A stretch of DNA of 64,000 bases from Phoronis australis (Eukaryota > Animalia > Phoronida). Positions 1 through 13,337 of this stretch are shown here, in pieces. The position numbers were made by a program, and so were the translations under genes. The notes under the pieces are model-generated. The model was given only the letters and a program-made list of their open reading frames with translations, did no database searches and was not told the origin of the DNA. The DNA is taken from NCBI GenBank assembly GCA_002633005.1, contig NMRA01000438.1:1-64000 (forward strand), given 5' to 3'. Numbering within the stretch: the stretch's first letter is position 1; the number at the start of each line of letters is the position of its first letter.

Positions 1-1042
1 GGTCACTTGCATTCACAATTGCCATGATCGAATTAGCACGGTCTAAACACATGCATAAGCCTACGTGTCGTAGCACTCGACTGATCTGGGCCGGGGATGA
101 GGGCCTGGCATCACACGCCCTAGAATGGAAGCAGTTTGTTCGTCATAGTAACGCCACTTTTGTGTTTGGTCGAAACACGATTCCTTGAAATGTGTCCACA
201 AAGAGTTTGTTCCCGCCCGTTCCACGCTGACGTAACACTCTCGTACGGCGCTCAAGCTGATCCCATATCTGTGCAACTGTCTTAAGGAAATTTGGTCACG
301 TTCTCGGTCAAGTTGCTGTTACTACAGCCTCCACAAACGCATCTTTTCATGTCTGAAAAAGGCGATTCTCCGCGGACCTTCTGCTTAAAAATCCTGATCG
401 CACTGGTAAAAACGACAACGGTGGAGACGCCTGGGTCTTCCACCCATTTTCAACCCCAGTTACAGAAAAATAATGAAATTTTTTACTTGTTTCTTACTAG
501 CAGGTATATTAAGGGGTATTAATTCTCTTGAGATGCATTAATAAAATTCTTTTTGAAACACAGGGTCATGGTGGGAACTCTTACACCGAGGCTAATCACG
601 GGCACCGAACGCGCGTTGGGGTAACAAAAAGGGTCTAAATACAAATGTCTATACCTATATAGCAGCCAAAGAGTGCCCAAAAGTGGTGTGGGAGTGCCTT
701 AGAATCGACCAACCAACAAAACAGAGGAAAATAGGTTTTGTTTATGCTATTTGGGTATACCTATAAAGTGTAGCATTTTCAAGTGATCGTTCTAGTGCAC
801 GCTTTGGTTTTATGATGTGCAACCACTTGAAAAGTCTAAGACTCTGTGCGCGGACTGATTACCCCCTACACGCCCAAATGCCAAAAAACCTAAACCAGGG
901 AATGCTTTTGAAAACTGTGGTAAGTTAGTATTGTAGGCCAGAGACTGACCAGCCAAAATTGATTCAAAGGCAAGCAAGCCTATATTTGAGAAATTCCAAT
1001 AAGAGAGCACTGCGTCATTGCAGTATAAAAACTCATTGACGC
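1..1042. repeat. Direct repeat copy A (near-identical to 2390-3431), ending at a single N
   Basis: 1-1042 recurs at offset +2389. The three ORFs at 61-276, 292-522 and 810-1010 recur identically at 2450-2665, 2681-2911 and 3199-3399. Only one substitution noticed (226 g vs 2615 a). Copy A stops at the 'n' at 1043. Confidence 0.95.
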
Positions 1043-2389
1043 NCCGACTAGAAATTCCACGGGTGCTTCACTTCAGCCGTCCATAGCAAACATAAAACTC
1101 AATAAATTTACACAAAACAGGAGTTCAACAAACCATGGAGAATTGTTCTTTCTCATTGCCGATGAGAGCAAGACCCATAAACTGTATTAGCCATCTCTGA
1201 CTACATAGTGGCGAATTTTCAAAATGCATTGACCACTAATTTTCATTATAAACCACGGTATTATTCAGCTGGAAAAAACAAACAAGTACTGTTTTCGATT
1301 TTTAAAAATCGATGAATTAATAATCTAAAAACTACAACCATTGGGTACGATTGAAGATAAACTACTGCGCGTATTGATATACTCGGTGGATATTCAAATG
1401 TTGATCAGAGTTAACAATATCACATGGCTTTATTTTTTAATATTCTTTCAATCTCGTTTAAGCAGATTTTGATCAGGAAACAGTTGTTGTGCCCACATTT
1501 CATTTTTTATTACTGACAAAGAGCTAGAATAGTTATATAGTCAGTGCCACCGAAATTGTCCAGAGATTCCAAATCTTCAGTTTGGTTATCACCATATTTG
1601 CACTTTTGTATATATTTTATGATTTGAGTTCTAATAAAGATTAAACTTTAATAACACCTGAAATGTTTAGTGTACCTGTAATGTGGTAAGTTTAGGGATG
1701 GGCTCACAATGAACTTAATTAATTAAGTTTAGCTGGCGATCAAAATCTACCACTGTTTTGGTACTTCAAGCTCAAAATTTAGATAAAAAGTTATCAACCC
1801 GTTCCCAGTAAGAAAAAAAAAACAAGTGGGCAGACTCAGCATTAAAAATTAAATAAAGAAAACCAATGTGAAACTTATCATTCCTTTGGGAAGTGGCCCT
1901 TTGTGAAGATAAACACGAGTTAACCTTTTTAGTCATTTTGTAATATTTATAATGTACCAAGTTAAAACTACTCTAAAGAGTTGCAGGCTGTAACTCTGCA
2001 AATGTCAGAGAAAACCAAATTGGGGGTACTAACAACAACCATTGTTGAGACAGTAATGCTAGCAATTACCTTTCCACTTCATTAGCTCAGAACTACTTCA
2101 ATACAAAGGGCATGCTGATTAGGCATCGCAAAAGTTGTCTGGGGCTTAGGGAATCAGCGCGGTCACCAGTCAAAGCGAGAAATTCTCACATGAGCGAGAA
2201 TTGGACGACTATTATGCAGATCACAGAGCGGAAATCAGACAATGAATTCGACGATGAATACTGCAGTAATGATCCAGTAGGGCTACTCAAACAAAGACGT
2301 ATGTGAGCTATCGCAAAATGAACCAAAGGTTGGTCAATATTCACAAAATAGACACTTAATAATCACTGACAAAGGCCACAGTAAACCTG

Positions 2390-3431
2390 GGTCACTTGCA
2401 TTCACAATTGCCATGATCGAATTAGCACGGTCTAAACACATGCATAAGCCTACGTGTCGTAGCACTCGACTGATCTGGGCCGGGGATGAGGGCCTGGCAT
2501 CACACGCCCTAGAATGGAAGCAGTTTGTTCGTCATAGTAACGCCACTTTTGTGTTTGGTCGAAACACGATTCCTTGAAATGTGTCCACAAAGAGTTTGTT
2601 CCCGCCCGTTCCACACTGACGTAACACTCTCGTACGGCGCTCAAGCTGATCCCATATCTGTGCAACTGTCTTAAGGAAATTTGGTCACGTTCTCGGTCAA
2701 GTTGCTGTTACTACAGCCTCCACAAACGCATCTTTTCATGTCTGAAAAAGGCGATTCTCCGCGGACCTTCTGCTTAAAAATCCTGATCGCACTGGTAAAA
2801 ACGACAACGGTGGAGACGCCTGGGTCTTCCACCCATTTTCAACCCCAGTTACAGAAAAATAATGAAATTTTTTACTTGTTTCTTACTAGCAGGTATATTA
2901 AGGGGTATTAATTCTCTTGAGATGCATTAATAAAATTCTTTTTGAAACACAGGGTCATGGTGGGAACTCTTACACCGAGGCTAATCACGGGCACCGAACG
3001 CGCGTTGGGGTAACAAAAAGGGTCTAAATACAAATGTCTATACCTATATAGCAGCCAAAGAGTGCCCAAAAGTGGTGTGGGAGTGCCTTAGAATCGACCA
3101 ACCAACAAAACAGAGGAAAATAGGTTTTGTTTATGCTATTTGGGTATACCTATAAAGTGTAGCATTTTCAAGTGATCGTTCTAGTGCACGCTTTGGTTTT
3201 ATGATGTGCAACCACTTGAAAAGTCTAAGACTCTGTGCGCGGACTGATTACCCCCTACACGCCCAAATGCCAAAAAACCTAAACCAGGGAATGCTTTTGA
3301 AAACTGTGGTAAGTTAGTATTGTAGGCCAGAGACTGACCAGCCAAAATTGATTCAAAGGCAAGCAAGCCTATATTTGAGAAATTCCAATAAGAGAGCACT
3401 GCGTCATTGCAGTATAAAAACTCATTGACGC
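2390..3431. repeat. Direct repeat copy B (near-identical to 1-1042)
   Basis: Starts ggtcacttgcattcacaattgcc like position 1 and matches through ...ctcattgacgc at 3431. Confidence 0.95.
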
Positions 3432-4439
3432 ACTATGATTGCCTTTCTCGCCTTTCTTGTCGCATTGCATTCAGAATCTACTAAAATTCAGAATACGTGA
3501 ACAAAATAGCAATTTTAACTATATGTGGTCTACCATATAGATTTCAACTGTTTATGTATGAGTTTATTTAAAATGAAATGCAGTTAGCTGTTCAGGACAA
3601 TCATCAATCGCGCATCGTACTGAGGTAGCAGACGTCATCACGCATATTTAAATAACACACTAAAAAACCGAATAGAAAAGGGCGTCTGACATTTGACTAA
3701 CGTGACCCATAGGGCCCAGAACTGGCAAATGCATTTGAGGCTATAAAGACGCGTTTTTCTGAAGTGATCCCTCCCACGACGAAGCCGGTACGTTTCTTTT
3801 CTTCCACCTAGCCAACTGAAATGGCAATGCATTGATGAGCACCTGTCACATGGATGATACTGCAATCCTCCTCGGAATTGGGGCAACAGGTATGGAGAAC
3901 TGCAGAGAAATAGGTTTCAAACGTGTAATAATAGAATGTGAGTGAGTCTGGTAATAACACCAAAAGTATTGACGTCATGGTCGCTATTCTTCAGACTTAA
4001 GAGTCGATGTAACATGGTTTGCTGCAGCATTACGTGTCCTACACGCAATGACAGGGCGTGACGTCAGGGCCAGAGAAACCTCTGGCAATCCTAATGGAAG
4101 ACTCATTTCGAACACCTATCCAAGTTCTCAGAGTTAACAAGCGTGTATGTCCCAGACGAAAAAAAGGTATAAGAATTAATTTGCATCCTGTATAAAGTTA
4201 AGGGAGGGGTCAAAAGATTTCCATGAAGCGGTGACTCTGAAATTAATTGAGATCATCGGAGAGAAAAATAACTTGAAGCTGTATGAAAATGACTACCAAT
4301 AACAGTTTAGTACAGTATTAAATCAAAAGGCCCAGTCTCTCGGATGATGCTCATGTGTCCAGGGTCGAAGTTCTTGTTTGCCAGCTATCAAAGAGGTGGT
4401 TCCAATGGAATTTTACCAGAAAAAAATGATGTCCAACGT

Positions 4440-4760
4440 TAAGAAGATTTTGTGCCCATTGAACTAACTTGGAGCCCACCAACTGAAGTTACATTCTCTG
4501 GGGTCAAACGCGGGGATTCGACCAATTCGAAAAAGGTTTGGATCCTCTAAACTACGGATGGAAGCTACAGGATGGATGCTATACATCCGAATGGCATTGT
4601 GGGTCTGTCTTTTCTGTTGTCCTTTCAGAAGGTGCTGGCCTCTTCCAATTAAGAAAATCAAGCAGATCGGAAATCGATTTTGACGACTCGGCGTCATAGA
4701 ATGAGCCCGAATAAAGATGGATCGAGTAGCCGAGTGACAACTATTTCGTCGACATAGCAG
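4440..4760 (+). pseudogene. Degenerate C-terminal fragment of a DNA-transposon protein (Academ/XPG-type tail, tentative)
   Basis: + strand translations give SPPTEVTFSGVKR and, in another frame, GLDPLNYGWKLQDGCYTSEWHCGS followed by an acidic tail with stops. This resembles the recalled LPPT..H.KRA....P..YGW...G...W motif of such elements. Frameshifted. Confidence 0.35.
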
Positions 4761-5304
4761 TGGCTTTAACGTGTCGTCTGTGAGTTCATAGCAACAATAT
4801 CGGAAACCATCACCGACTCAAGAAACTGACGTTTCAAATTTTATGAGGTTCAACCCCCAAGATTGCAGCCGGCTCGAAAACAGCGCAACCTGTGCGCATT
4901 AATTAGTGGCAGTAGTATAGGCTAAAGGTGCCTGAAATTCCAAGAAAGGACCGACCAGTTCAAAGTCAAAACCTCTTTTTTTCAATTTTTTCGAATCTGG
5001 GGGGCCGGCCAGAGGCCCTCCAGCTTTTAGTCGGGTCTCAGTCACTCGGGTCGGCGCCGGGCCGGTTAACCGGGCTGGCCCGCGGGTGCTTCGCCTGGTC
5101 ACTGAGTCCGCCGGGGTTCATGCTCCCAGCTATACCGAAATTCGTCACTCTAGGGGCGATAAGGAGGTTACACATGAACATTTCATGTTTTACTGTAACT
5201 GTTTCATTGTAACCACTTAGTTGCAGGACAGCCATATAAGCCATATGTCCCTGGGCACATACAACACATATATTGCCGCGGTATACGGATCTTGATTGTT
5301 TTAA

Positions 5305-5314
5305 GTCACGTGAC
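5305..5314. promoter_or_regulatory. Palindromic E-box GTCACGTGAC (USF/MiT-TFE 'CLEAR' type) upstream of the Ig receptor start codon
   Basis: Exact 10-bp palindrome 87-96 bp upstream of ATG 5401, in a locally CpG-rich region. Full CRE palindromes TGACGTCA also occur at 3970, 4059 and 5557. Confidence 0.45.
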
Positions 5315-5400
5315 ACAGGTGCGACGAAGCCCGGATATTGACCTAAATTAACCGACGCGGCGACATACCATAACTAGGTCACCGTACTGAAGAATTTAAA

Positions 5401-5449
5401 ATGGATCAGTTGTCTGTTCTAACGTTCTTATGCGTAATTTTCAGTTCAA
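5401..5449 (+). CDS. Ig-superfamily receptor exon 1 (signal peptide MDQLSVLTFLCVIFSS)
   Basis: ATG 5401, hydrophobic leader, donor A|GTAAGT (phase 1). Joins in frame to 12071 giving ...IFSSSVLVSSQENG. Not in the ORF track. Confidence 0.8.
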
Positions 5450-8349
5450 GTAAGTATCCATTGATATATTTATTCATCAACTACGTCATAGTAACGGTTG
5501 AATAGTCGTAGATGCGTTTATAATTCTGTTTCGACTTGTTCACCCATTGGCTTGCATGACGTCATGGTGCCCATATTAACGGAAGAATTTTATACGTTTG
5601 TATTGCAACGAGCCCCAGTTCATGAGTGACAATAAATTTTCTGTGCTATAAAGGCTGTGTCGTGCGTTCACGCGCATACGAGAAGCAATTGTTCCACTAT
5701 TTTTGGCAAGTTCGCACCGATCTAAATCAGAGCACTCACGCTTGGCCTGGACCTTGGTGTTATTGACTGTCATCAGTCATCAGTGATCAGATATGCTCCA
5801 GTGAAGTGCTTGACCAATTTGCCATTGTTCGACCCCTGTATTTGATGTTTAAATAGCTTTTCATGCAACACCCAACATTTAAATCTACCAACAACCCAGA
5901 TTTTCCACATATAGCGTGTCTGCTTTGTGGGGGAGGTTGAAATTTGTGAATCTGCCAACCTACGTGTAGAAATGAGGACGACCATCATTTCCTGCTGTCA
6001 GCCATAGGTGCACCCAAGTGAATTGTCCTTGTTCAGTGACAAAACTGTTTTAAAATTAAAAATTTTTTACTAGGCTTTCCAGTTGATTGAAACATGGAAA
6101 TAAATATACTTTGTTTTAATTGAGCTCTTGATTAAAATCTCTGATTTGTATGAAATGCCACCAGGAAGTGAACTTCAGTTTGTTATTCAGATCGACATTT
6201 CTAATTGCTGGATATGTATGATTGTATCTTTATCCATCAAAATCTATGTCTGCACTACTTAAGGTGATACGAGTTTCAAACATTCCAGTGAATATTTTCT
6301 AAATTATTATCTACAAATGTTTCATACTAGTAGCTGAATTCAGTGTTCCACAGAAATTAGTCGTCACATAAGTATGTTCGTTTTTTCATTTGGCTAATTA
6401 TAACATCAGGACAATTAATATGCATGCTCCTGTTTCCATTAAAACTGTAATTATGCCTTATGCACACAACCACTGTTTGTTCTGTTAATTCGATTTTCGA
6501 TAAATAGAAGGAAAATTTAAATTCCAATGCTAAATTGTTCAATAACCCATGTACGCAAAATGCAATTGGGAAATTCAACTTTTGTTCAATATCCCAAATT
6601 ACACTTCCAGAATACAAAAGGAAAATGGAAAATCCATTTTTTTTGTTCAAGGGATGCATAATTCTCACATTAGTTAGGGAATCTCCATTTTTTTCATAAT
6701 TTAAATTTTGTATTGAAAGGGTAACATGATTTTGTTAAAATATTTTTGTTAATAAGGGGACATGTTATGTATGCCAGCCAATCAGATTCTGACAGAGTGG
6801 TCACATGACTAGCCATTCTGAGGAGAGACAGTTGGAGACAGTTATAGCTCTCTCCATTATGAGAAGTGACAGAACCAACGGTTTCTCTTCCTGTTTGACA
6901 ACACCCTTGGCATGACTTCTTAATAGCTTCCTTGTTAATGAGTTGTAACAGATAGGAATTCATTTTGAATTACATTGATCTCGTCAACAAATGGCACTTG
7001 AGAGGTATGCATGCGCTACCCCTCATTTGGCAAAGTGGGCAAAAAGGTCCACCTCAGGTAAACAAAAACTCTGAAAAAAGTAGAAAACGAGACAAAAGTC
7101 CACGAAAAAAGCAGGAACTACCAGAATTTGGCGAATGCACAATTTGTGGCTTTGAACGTACCCCGTGAATCTTAGTAAAAACTGCACATTCTCAAAAATT
7201 CAAGCACACCCCATTTTTAGGCTGGGTGCGTGTATGAAAAGTACACAAGAAAACCACTTAGAAAGTGCTCACCATACTGAATAATATTAGTTTTTGGCCA
7301 AATTAGGAAACAAGAAGTGGAAAACAAAAACAAAGCTAGATTGCATGAAAACGACATTTCGATATTAGGCGAAGATTGTCCCTAGGTACAATAGTCAGGT
7401 GTAACCAATTCTTGCTCCACATGCATCCTTGGTAATTAACACAGTTTCACTAAGTAATTGAATTATGTTAAAATATTACATTATACGTATTTATGCACTT
7501 AGTTCAAATATTAGGAGTCTAAGCGCATATATTAGTGATAAGAAATACCATCTGAGTGTGTTATTGTAAAAAGCATTAAGATTTTAAACTACTTTTGAAA
7601 TTAATGATTCATAATGACACAAAGTTATTCCAATTCTGAATTAACATTAAAATATTCAAAAATCACTTCTGAAGTACACGATGAGCAATAAAATCGTTAG
7701 ATCAACAGGCATTTAAAAATATGCTGCAACATACATGTGGACTCAACTCGGGGTTATCCAGGAGTGCAAAAACAACCTGAATTGGATTTTTAAATTCTCA
7801 GGGTGTCCTTGACTCATGACTGCGTTTTACGACCCCAATTCAGATTGCTGTTTTAGTGCAGTATCTGTAATAAAGTTTGCTATATCTTACACGATATAAA
7901 AGCATGAAAATTTTGAGACATCCAGTTTAGTTGAGAAAACAGATCAAGTTATAGTCTAATACTGGAATAAAAACTTACAAAAATTAGTGACGTTTTGTTT
8001 GCAAGTTAGGTCTAAAATTAGACCAGGTTTAAGTGTTAAACTGGTTTTTGTTAAACCACCTGTATGAAATCGGCTGATGGAGTTCTTTGATGAGTTATAC
8101 CTTAGTCTCAGCAAAAAATAATTTTGCCAATAGAGGTAGTCGCAGTAGTCAAACACGTCTGAAATTAAATGAATGCCTGCACTGGTCTTCTCATTAGGAA
8201 CACAGCTCCCAATTTTCAAAAAATATCTTTTGAGTGGTTAGGTATATAGAGAGGTGGTTACCAAAACAGGCTTGGAATATTAATAATGGCCTTGGTGATC
8301 GTGCAAAACATGTCAAAATCAGTTTGAAAATGAGAAGACGTCATCGTAA

Positions 8350-8580
8350 GGGCCCGTTCCAACAAAGCTGACTTAGCTAAGACAAATCTTAAATTTTAGA
8401 AAATTTTAAAATAAATGTTAAATTTGTCTCAAAACCAATTCAAGAAAGAGATCTTAAGTTTGACTTAAATGTTTGACAAAAGTTTTGTCTTAATTTTGAC
8501 GAACTTACCGAATGTGGAAGTTTCAAAGTTTGGAACTTAAGTCAAAAATGAACTTAAGTCAGTTTCTTGGAACAGGCCCC
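8350..8580. mobile_element. MITE with ~25-bp imperfect TIRs (PIF/Harbinger-like GGG termini)
   Basis: Left end gggcccgttccaacaaagctgactta; right end taagtcagtttcttggaacaggcccc (reverse complement ggggcctgttccaagaaactgactta). Internal cttaag repeats. TSD not clear. Confidence 0.6.
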
Positions 8581-8787
8581 TATTTGATAAATTTCATGAA
8601 AATCCATTAAGGAAATCCAAAGATACAGCAACTATAAAAACTAAAAAACCTGGGGGCAGTGGGAGTAGTGGGACCGGTTGGAAACTTGTTCTCCTAGTGC
8701 CAAGTTTTACAGACTCTCTCTCTCCGCATCACCCTGTCTCCCTCTCCTCTCCCCCTCGTCCCCCCTCTCCATCTCTTCCCTTCAATC

Positions 8788-8866
8788 NNNNNNNNNNNNN
8801 NNNNNNNNNNNNNNNNNNNNNNNNNNNNNNNNNNNNNNNNNNNNNNNNNNNNNNNNNNNNNNNNNN
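8788..8866. other. Assembly gap (79 N) inside a C/T-rich low-complexity tract (~8714-8925)
   Basis: Run of N flanked by polypyrimidine sequence. Confidence 0.98.
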
Positions 8867-9110
8867 CCTCCCCTGTTCCCGCCTCCCCTTTTGCCATCCC
8901 CTCTCCCTGTACCCCAACACCTCTCATTTTTTTGCATTTTTTTCTGCATCTCCCACACCCTCTGCAGGATCTTTTAATTTGGCAAATGTATTTGTATGAA
9001 GTTCACAACAGACAACGACGACATTTGGATGAATCTGACTACCGCTTTGCCCCCCATGACAATTTTGTCTTTTTTTATTGTCCCCTGTATTTTTGAAACT
9101 GCTTGGCAGA

Positions 9111-10367
9111 TTTTTATGCGCCCACAAACGCTATATGTGGACGCATTATGCCATCATCTCCGTCCATATGACGGCGTCCGTTCAGCATCAGCTGTTCTGT
9201 CTCCAAAACCCTTTGATGTATGCTCATAAAATTTTGCACATGTGTTCCTTTCATAGATGGGATGGCATGAGCGAACTTTCGGACGGATCTGACTACTGGT
9301 CCTGAACGAATTTTCATAGAATGTGGCATATAGGTATCTACTAGTGAGAGGATGCTATCACCCCGTTTTAGGATAGATTCGATGTAGTTTGGGCCACCTA
9401 ATGGCCATTTTTACTGTTTTCTAGTCTGCTTTTTGGTGTCCACCCCTCTATCAACCAAATCGCCCTAAGAATGATTGTGAAAATTGGCATGTATGCTCTT
9501 ACTATGAAGAGGACAGCTCATGACTTTCCCACGACTTTAACTACAGTGGCGCCTCCTAGTGGCAGTTTTTGTTTTTTGCGCCCATGGCTGTATCTCTTAA
9601 ACTGCCTCCAGGATCTTTACTAAATTTAGCTAGTGTATTTATATGAATGTTGCCGACAAATGACAACCACTTTTGGACTGATCTGACTACCGGTGTTCCC
9701 CCAAGTGGCAATTTTTGTTTTTACGTTTACCTCTGTGTCTTCAAAAGTCCTCAACAGATTCTCCCTAAAATTTGGAATATAAGATTCTGTTGGTGAGATG
9801 ACGCCGTTTTCTGATGGATTCGAGGTGTTTTGCGCTATCTAGTAGCCATTTTTGCTGTTTTCGAGAGTTTTGGCATCCACCCCTCTGTCAACCAAACCAT
9901 TCTAAGGGTGATTTTGATAATTGTCGGTCTTGGTGTGAAGAGGATGGTTGATGATGACGACTTTGGCTACTGTGGCACCTCCTAATGGTTACAGTTTTGT
10001 TTTGTTTTGCACCTAGAGCTGTATCTCCTAAGCCCACTGTAGGATCTTTGTTAAATTTAGTACATCGTGTATTTATATGAAACAAACAACAGGCGATGAA
10101 TTTCTGGGGGATCCAAGAAACGTTGTGCCCCCTAGTGACAATTTTATTTTTTTCCTTTTTCCTTTGTATCTCAGAAGTTCCTTGGCAAATTTTTATGAAT
10201 TTTTGTAAACAGCTTTCTTTTAAAGAAGCGATGACATGCTCTTGTTTTGGATGGATTGGACATTTTTGTGCTATCTAGTGGCCATTTTATGATACAAATA
10301 AACTGTAGAAGCACCCCATTTGCGGTACATTCATGGGTGTATTTCAATGCTCTGCGTTGCTCTTGTT
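9111..10367 (+). mobile_element. Non-autonomous Helentron/HINE-like element, copy 1, nested in an older related repeat (~8930-10740)
   Basis: 5' tttttatgcgcccaca..tgtggacgca hairpin, ccgtcc tract, internal ~145-bp tandem monomers with CTAGTGGC, 3' end ...gttgctcttgtt. Same termini as 21018-22702. T-rich insertion site, no TSD. Confidence 0.7.
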
Positions 10368-12070
10368 ATGAAATTTATTAAATAAGTTTCCATTGTAGAG
10401 TTGTCGGGTTCCTGTAATGTGTTTTCGGATAGATATGACATGTTCTTGCCGTTTATATTGTCGTGAAATTTTGGAAGGGGGCGATCACCTTTTTGGTGGC
10501 CATTTTGACATTTTTTAGTATCTTTGTTTTTGACATCACCCTCTCGGTCCACCAAACCGCTTGAAGGATCAATATTATGTTGTTTGAAGTGTGTTCCTGA
10601 TGAGAAAAATGAGGCTATTGTTGTTTTTCGATAGTGTTCAACTACTCTGGTGCCTACTAGTGGCAATTTTATAATTTTCGCATTCATGGCTGTAAGATCT
10701 TTCTGGAATTTAACAGAAGTATTCCTATGGAGTGGAAAATTTCTCAATTTTGAATTTGAAATCCATCTCAGAAGTTCTGCTCTGTTAGCAAATTGAGTAA
10801 ATCACTGGGTTATTTTGCATGAGTTTGGGTCCCTTTATATAACACTGCTTAACTGATAAAAAATTGATTTTGACCAATATTTCTAGAAATCACAATTACC
10901 ACTATTTTTATGGCCTTTTCGCAAGAATCATGCTTTTACTTGATATTCAAAAATTCAAATGTACCACAGGAAGGAAAACATTTTATGGTGATAAAAAATT
11001 ACGTTCAACTGTCTAAATTAATGGGAACTTTGGAAGTCTTTTAGATTTTATTCTATATAATAGTAATATCAAATATTTAAACATGTCAAAATGAGGTCAA
11101 AGGCGCTTTTGTAAACCAGACTTAGAAGTAGTTTGTCACTTGTTTTTAAGTAGAGGTAAATGTGCCAGAAAGTGCACAAGTCATTAAGTGTGTACTTCTT
11201 CATAATTTGATATTTGTAGGTGAAGTCAATAGCAATATTACGATCTTGCATGTACTCGTCAGTAAGCTAACCAACACCTCCCTCCATCATTATGTTATCA
11301 ATACTGGTAGCACAAATTGAAAATAATCTATAATGTTGTTCAGTCAAAATGTTTCACATTAGTATATGCTCAGTGTGAAATCAAACATGAGTTGGAAAAA
11401 CAGAACGTTTTAAAGAAGATAAGCGCAGAAATTCCGTCTGCCACATAATTTTCCGTTCGTGACATGTTTTTGTACTAATTTTATCCAAAGAATTGTTTGA
11501 ATTAAATAATTCTCAAGTTTTGATATACATACATTATTTCCATCTTGAAGATTTTTCAGAATCTGGAGTTTGGAGCAAATTATTATTTTTTTCTAAACCC
11601 AACTTCATACCCAAACCGTCAGGGACGGATAATTGTCGTTAGGTTAGTTAGTTAGGAAAAAACTAATGAAGATAATTGGTTCTACCAAATTTCAGCTTAG
11701 TCCAAGTGTCATGTTGTATTACTGTCCCCAAATCAATTTTAGACTGAAATCATGATAATTTTGATAAAAGTCGAACTGAAAAATTTGGTCTATAATGCAA
11801 TGTTTTTATTTTTTAGACAAAAACTACTGAAAAACACAGAGAGTGGCAAAACTTTAAAATATGTTGTGTGATACAACAAAGTTCAGGCATTTGACTACTT
11901 AGACACCAAGTTTCAAGAGCAAAAGCTAATTTTGAAAAAATACTTTGGAGGATCAAATGCCTCGATTTGACCCTAACTGCTCTGTATATTTGGAGTTCCT
12001 TAGCGTATTTTCAAGAAATTTATAACACTTTGTTTTACGTTAGTTACAGCGACTGTTTTGTATTTTCCAG

Positions 12071-12490
12071 GCGTGTTGGTCTCCAGCCAAGAGAATGGCG
12101 TCAATATTGACAATAATTCACCTGTGTATGCGGAGATAGGATCTAACCTGACGTTGTCGTGTCGGTATACTTGGGTGTCAGGTGGGAAGGTTGAACTTAT
12201 AGAATGGTACAAGGATAATGTGAAGTTTTTTAAACAGATTTGGATTTCAGGTGGAACTAAGCAAGAGATTACGTGGTATAATGCATATGTAGGGGATCAA
12301 CCAGGTGTATCCAAGAAAGGTGCCTTCCTTGGCAACGCCAACGACGATGCAGGCGGACCAGATGGTAACGCTGGTATGGTGATTATGAATGTGGTCAATG
12401 ATGACAAGGGAAAGTACAGGTGTGAAGTTGAAGTTGAGGCTTCAGGTGTCCCTTCTTCACATTCAGATGAAGTAGACGTAGAAATTAATA
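12071..12490 (+). CDS. Ig-superfamily receptor exon 2 (V-set Ig domain)
   Basis: ttttccag acceptor and A|GTAAGT donor, phase 1-1. Motifs LTLSCRY, IEWYK and DDKGKYRCEV are the canonical V-set C, W and DxGxYxC. Confidence 0.95.
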
Positions 12491-12995
12491 GTAAGTGAGA
12501 TCTTAATAGTGGCAGTAAAGATGTGTTCCATAAAACTAACGTAAAATTTAGACCACTCTCAACTTATTCTTAAGCATAATGTAAATTTAGCAATTTTGAC
12601 AGCTGTGCTCAGTTCATTAAAGCTCCGGAATCATATTGCTGTTTTGACCATTAGGAATAATTTGAAAACGATGTCATGACAACAAGTGATTGGATTCAAA
12701 AGTTGGTTTTTGTGACGGAAAGTGAGGTTATGACCTCTTTGAACAGTTATATTATCACAGAATATAAAAACGTCGTGTTAAAAAAAGCGGTGAATTGTTT
12801 ATGATAAACGTAATACTGTAAGAAAGTTATCAAAGTACAAACTGCTGTTTTCTAGGTGTAATCTGGTAGCATGTTATTGCTAGCTCTAAAGAATGAATGG
12901 TCTAACTGTGTTCTTTGGAAATCACATTTATGTTAATGATGTGTTACTGCTGTTTTGTATTGACGTCTTGGGAGTTTTTACGCATTAACTTTCAG

Positions 12996-13337
12996 TTGTG
13001 CCAGTAGTCCCTACTGTCACCTTTGAACCTGATAAGACGGACCTGGTTGATGGCGACAAAATAGTCATGACGTGCACTGGCAATGTGGGGTCACCTCCCG
13101 GAATGTTGTCATGGAAACGAAAATCTGGAACGATGTGGGATATACAGGGAAAACCTCAGGAGCAATTCCAGATAATCGAAAATAAAACAGACGGCAGCAA
13201 AGTTGGCAAAATTGTGTTCAACCACACATTTTTCGCTAACAACAATGACGATGGGGCAGTGTTCCGTTGCGATGCATCAAGACAGTCAATGTCGCAAAAA
13301 ATCATTTCAAGTGTTACACGGACTTTCAATGTGAAAG
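12996..13337 (+). CDS. Ig-superfamily receptor exon 3 (CD80-like C2-set Ig domain)
   Basis: tttcag acceptor and G|GTGAG donor, phase 1-1. MTCTGNVGSPPGMLSWKR...DDGAVFRCDA. Confidence 0.95.

Noticed and set aside
1-3431. LTR retrotransposon or TRIM with two 1-kb LTRs
   Set aside because: No TG...CA ends, PBS/PPT or gag/pol remnants seen, and the first copy ends at an assembly N.
8678-8999. ORFs spanning the N gap
   Set aside because: Artefacts of Ns and a C/T-rich low-complexity tract.
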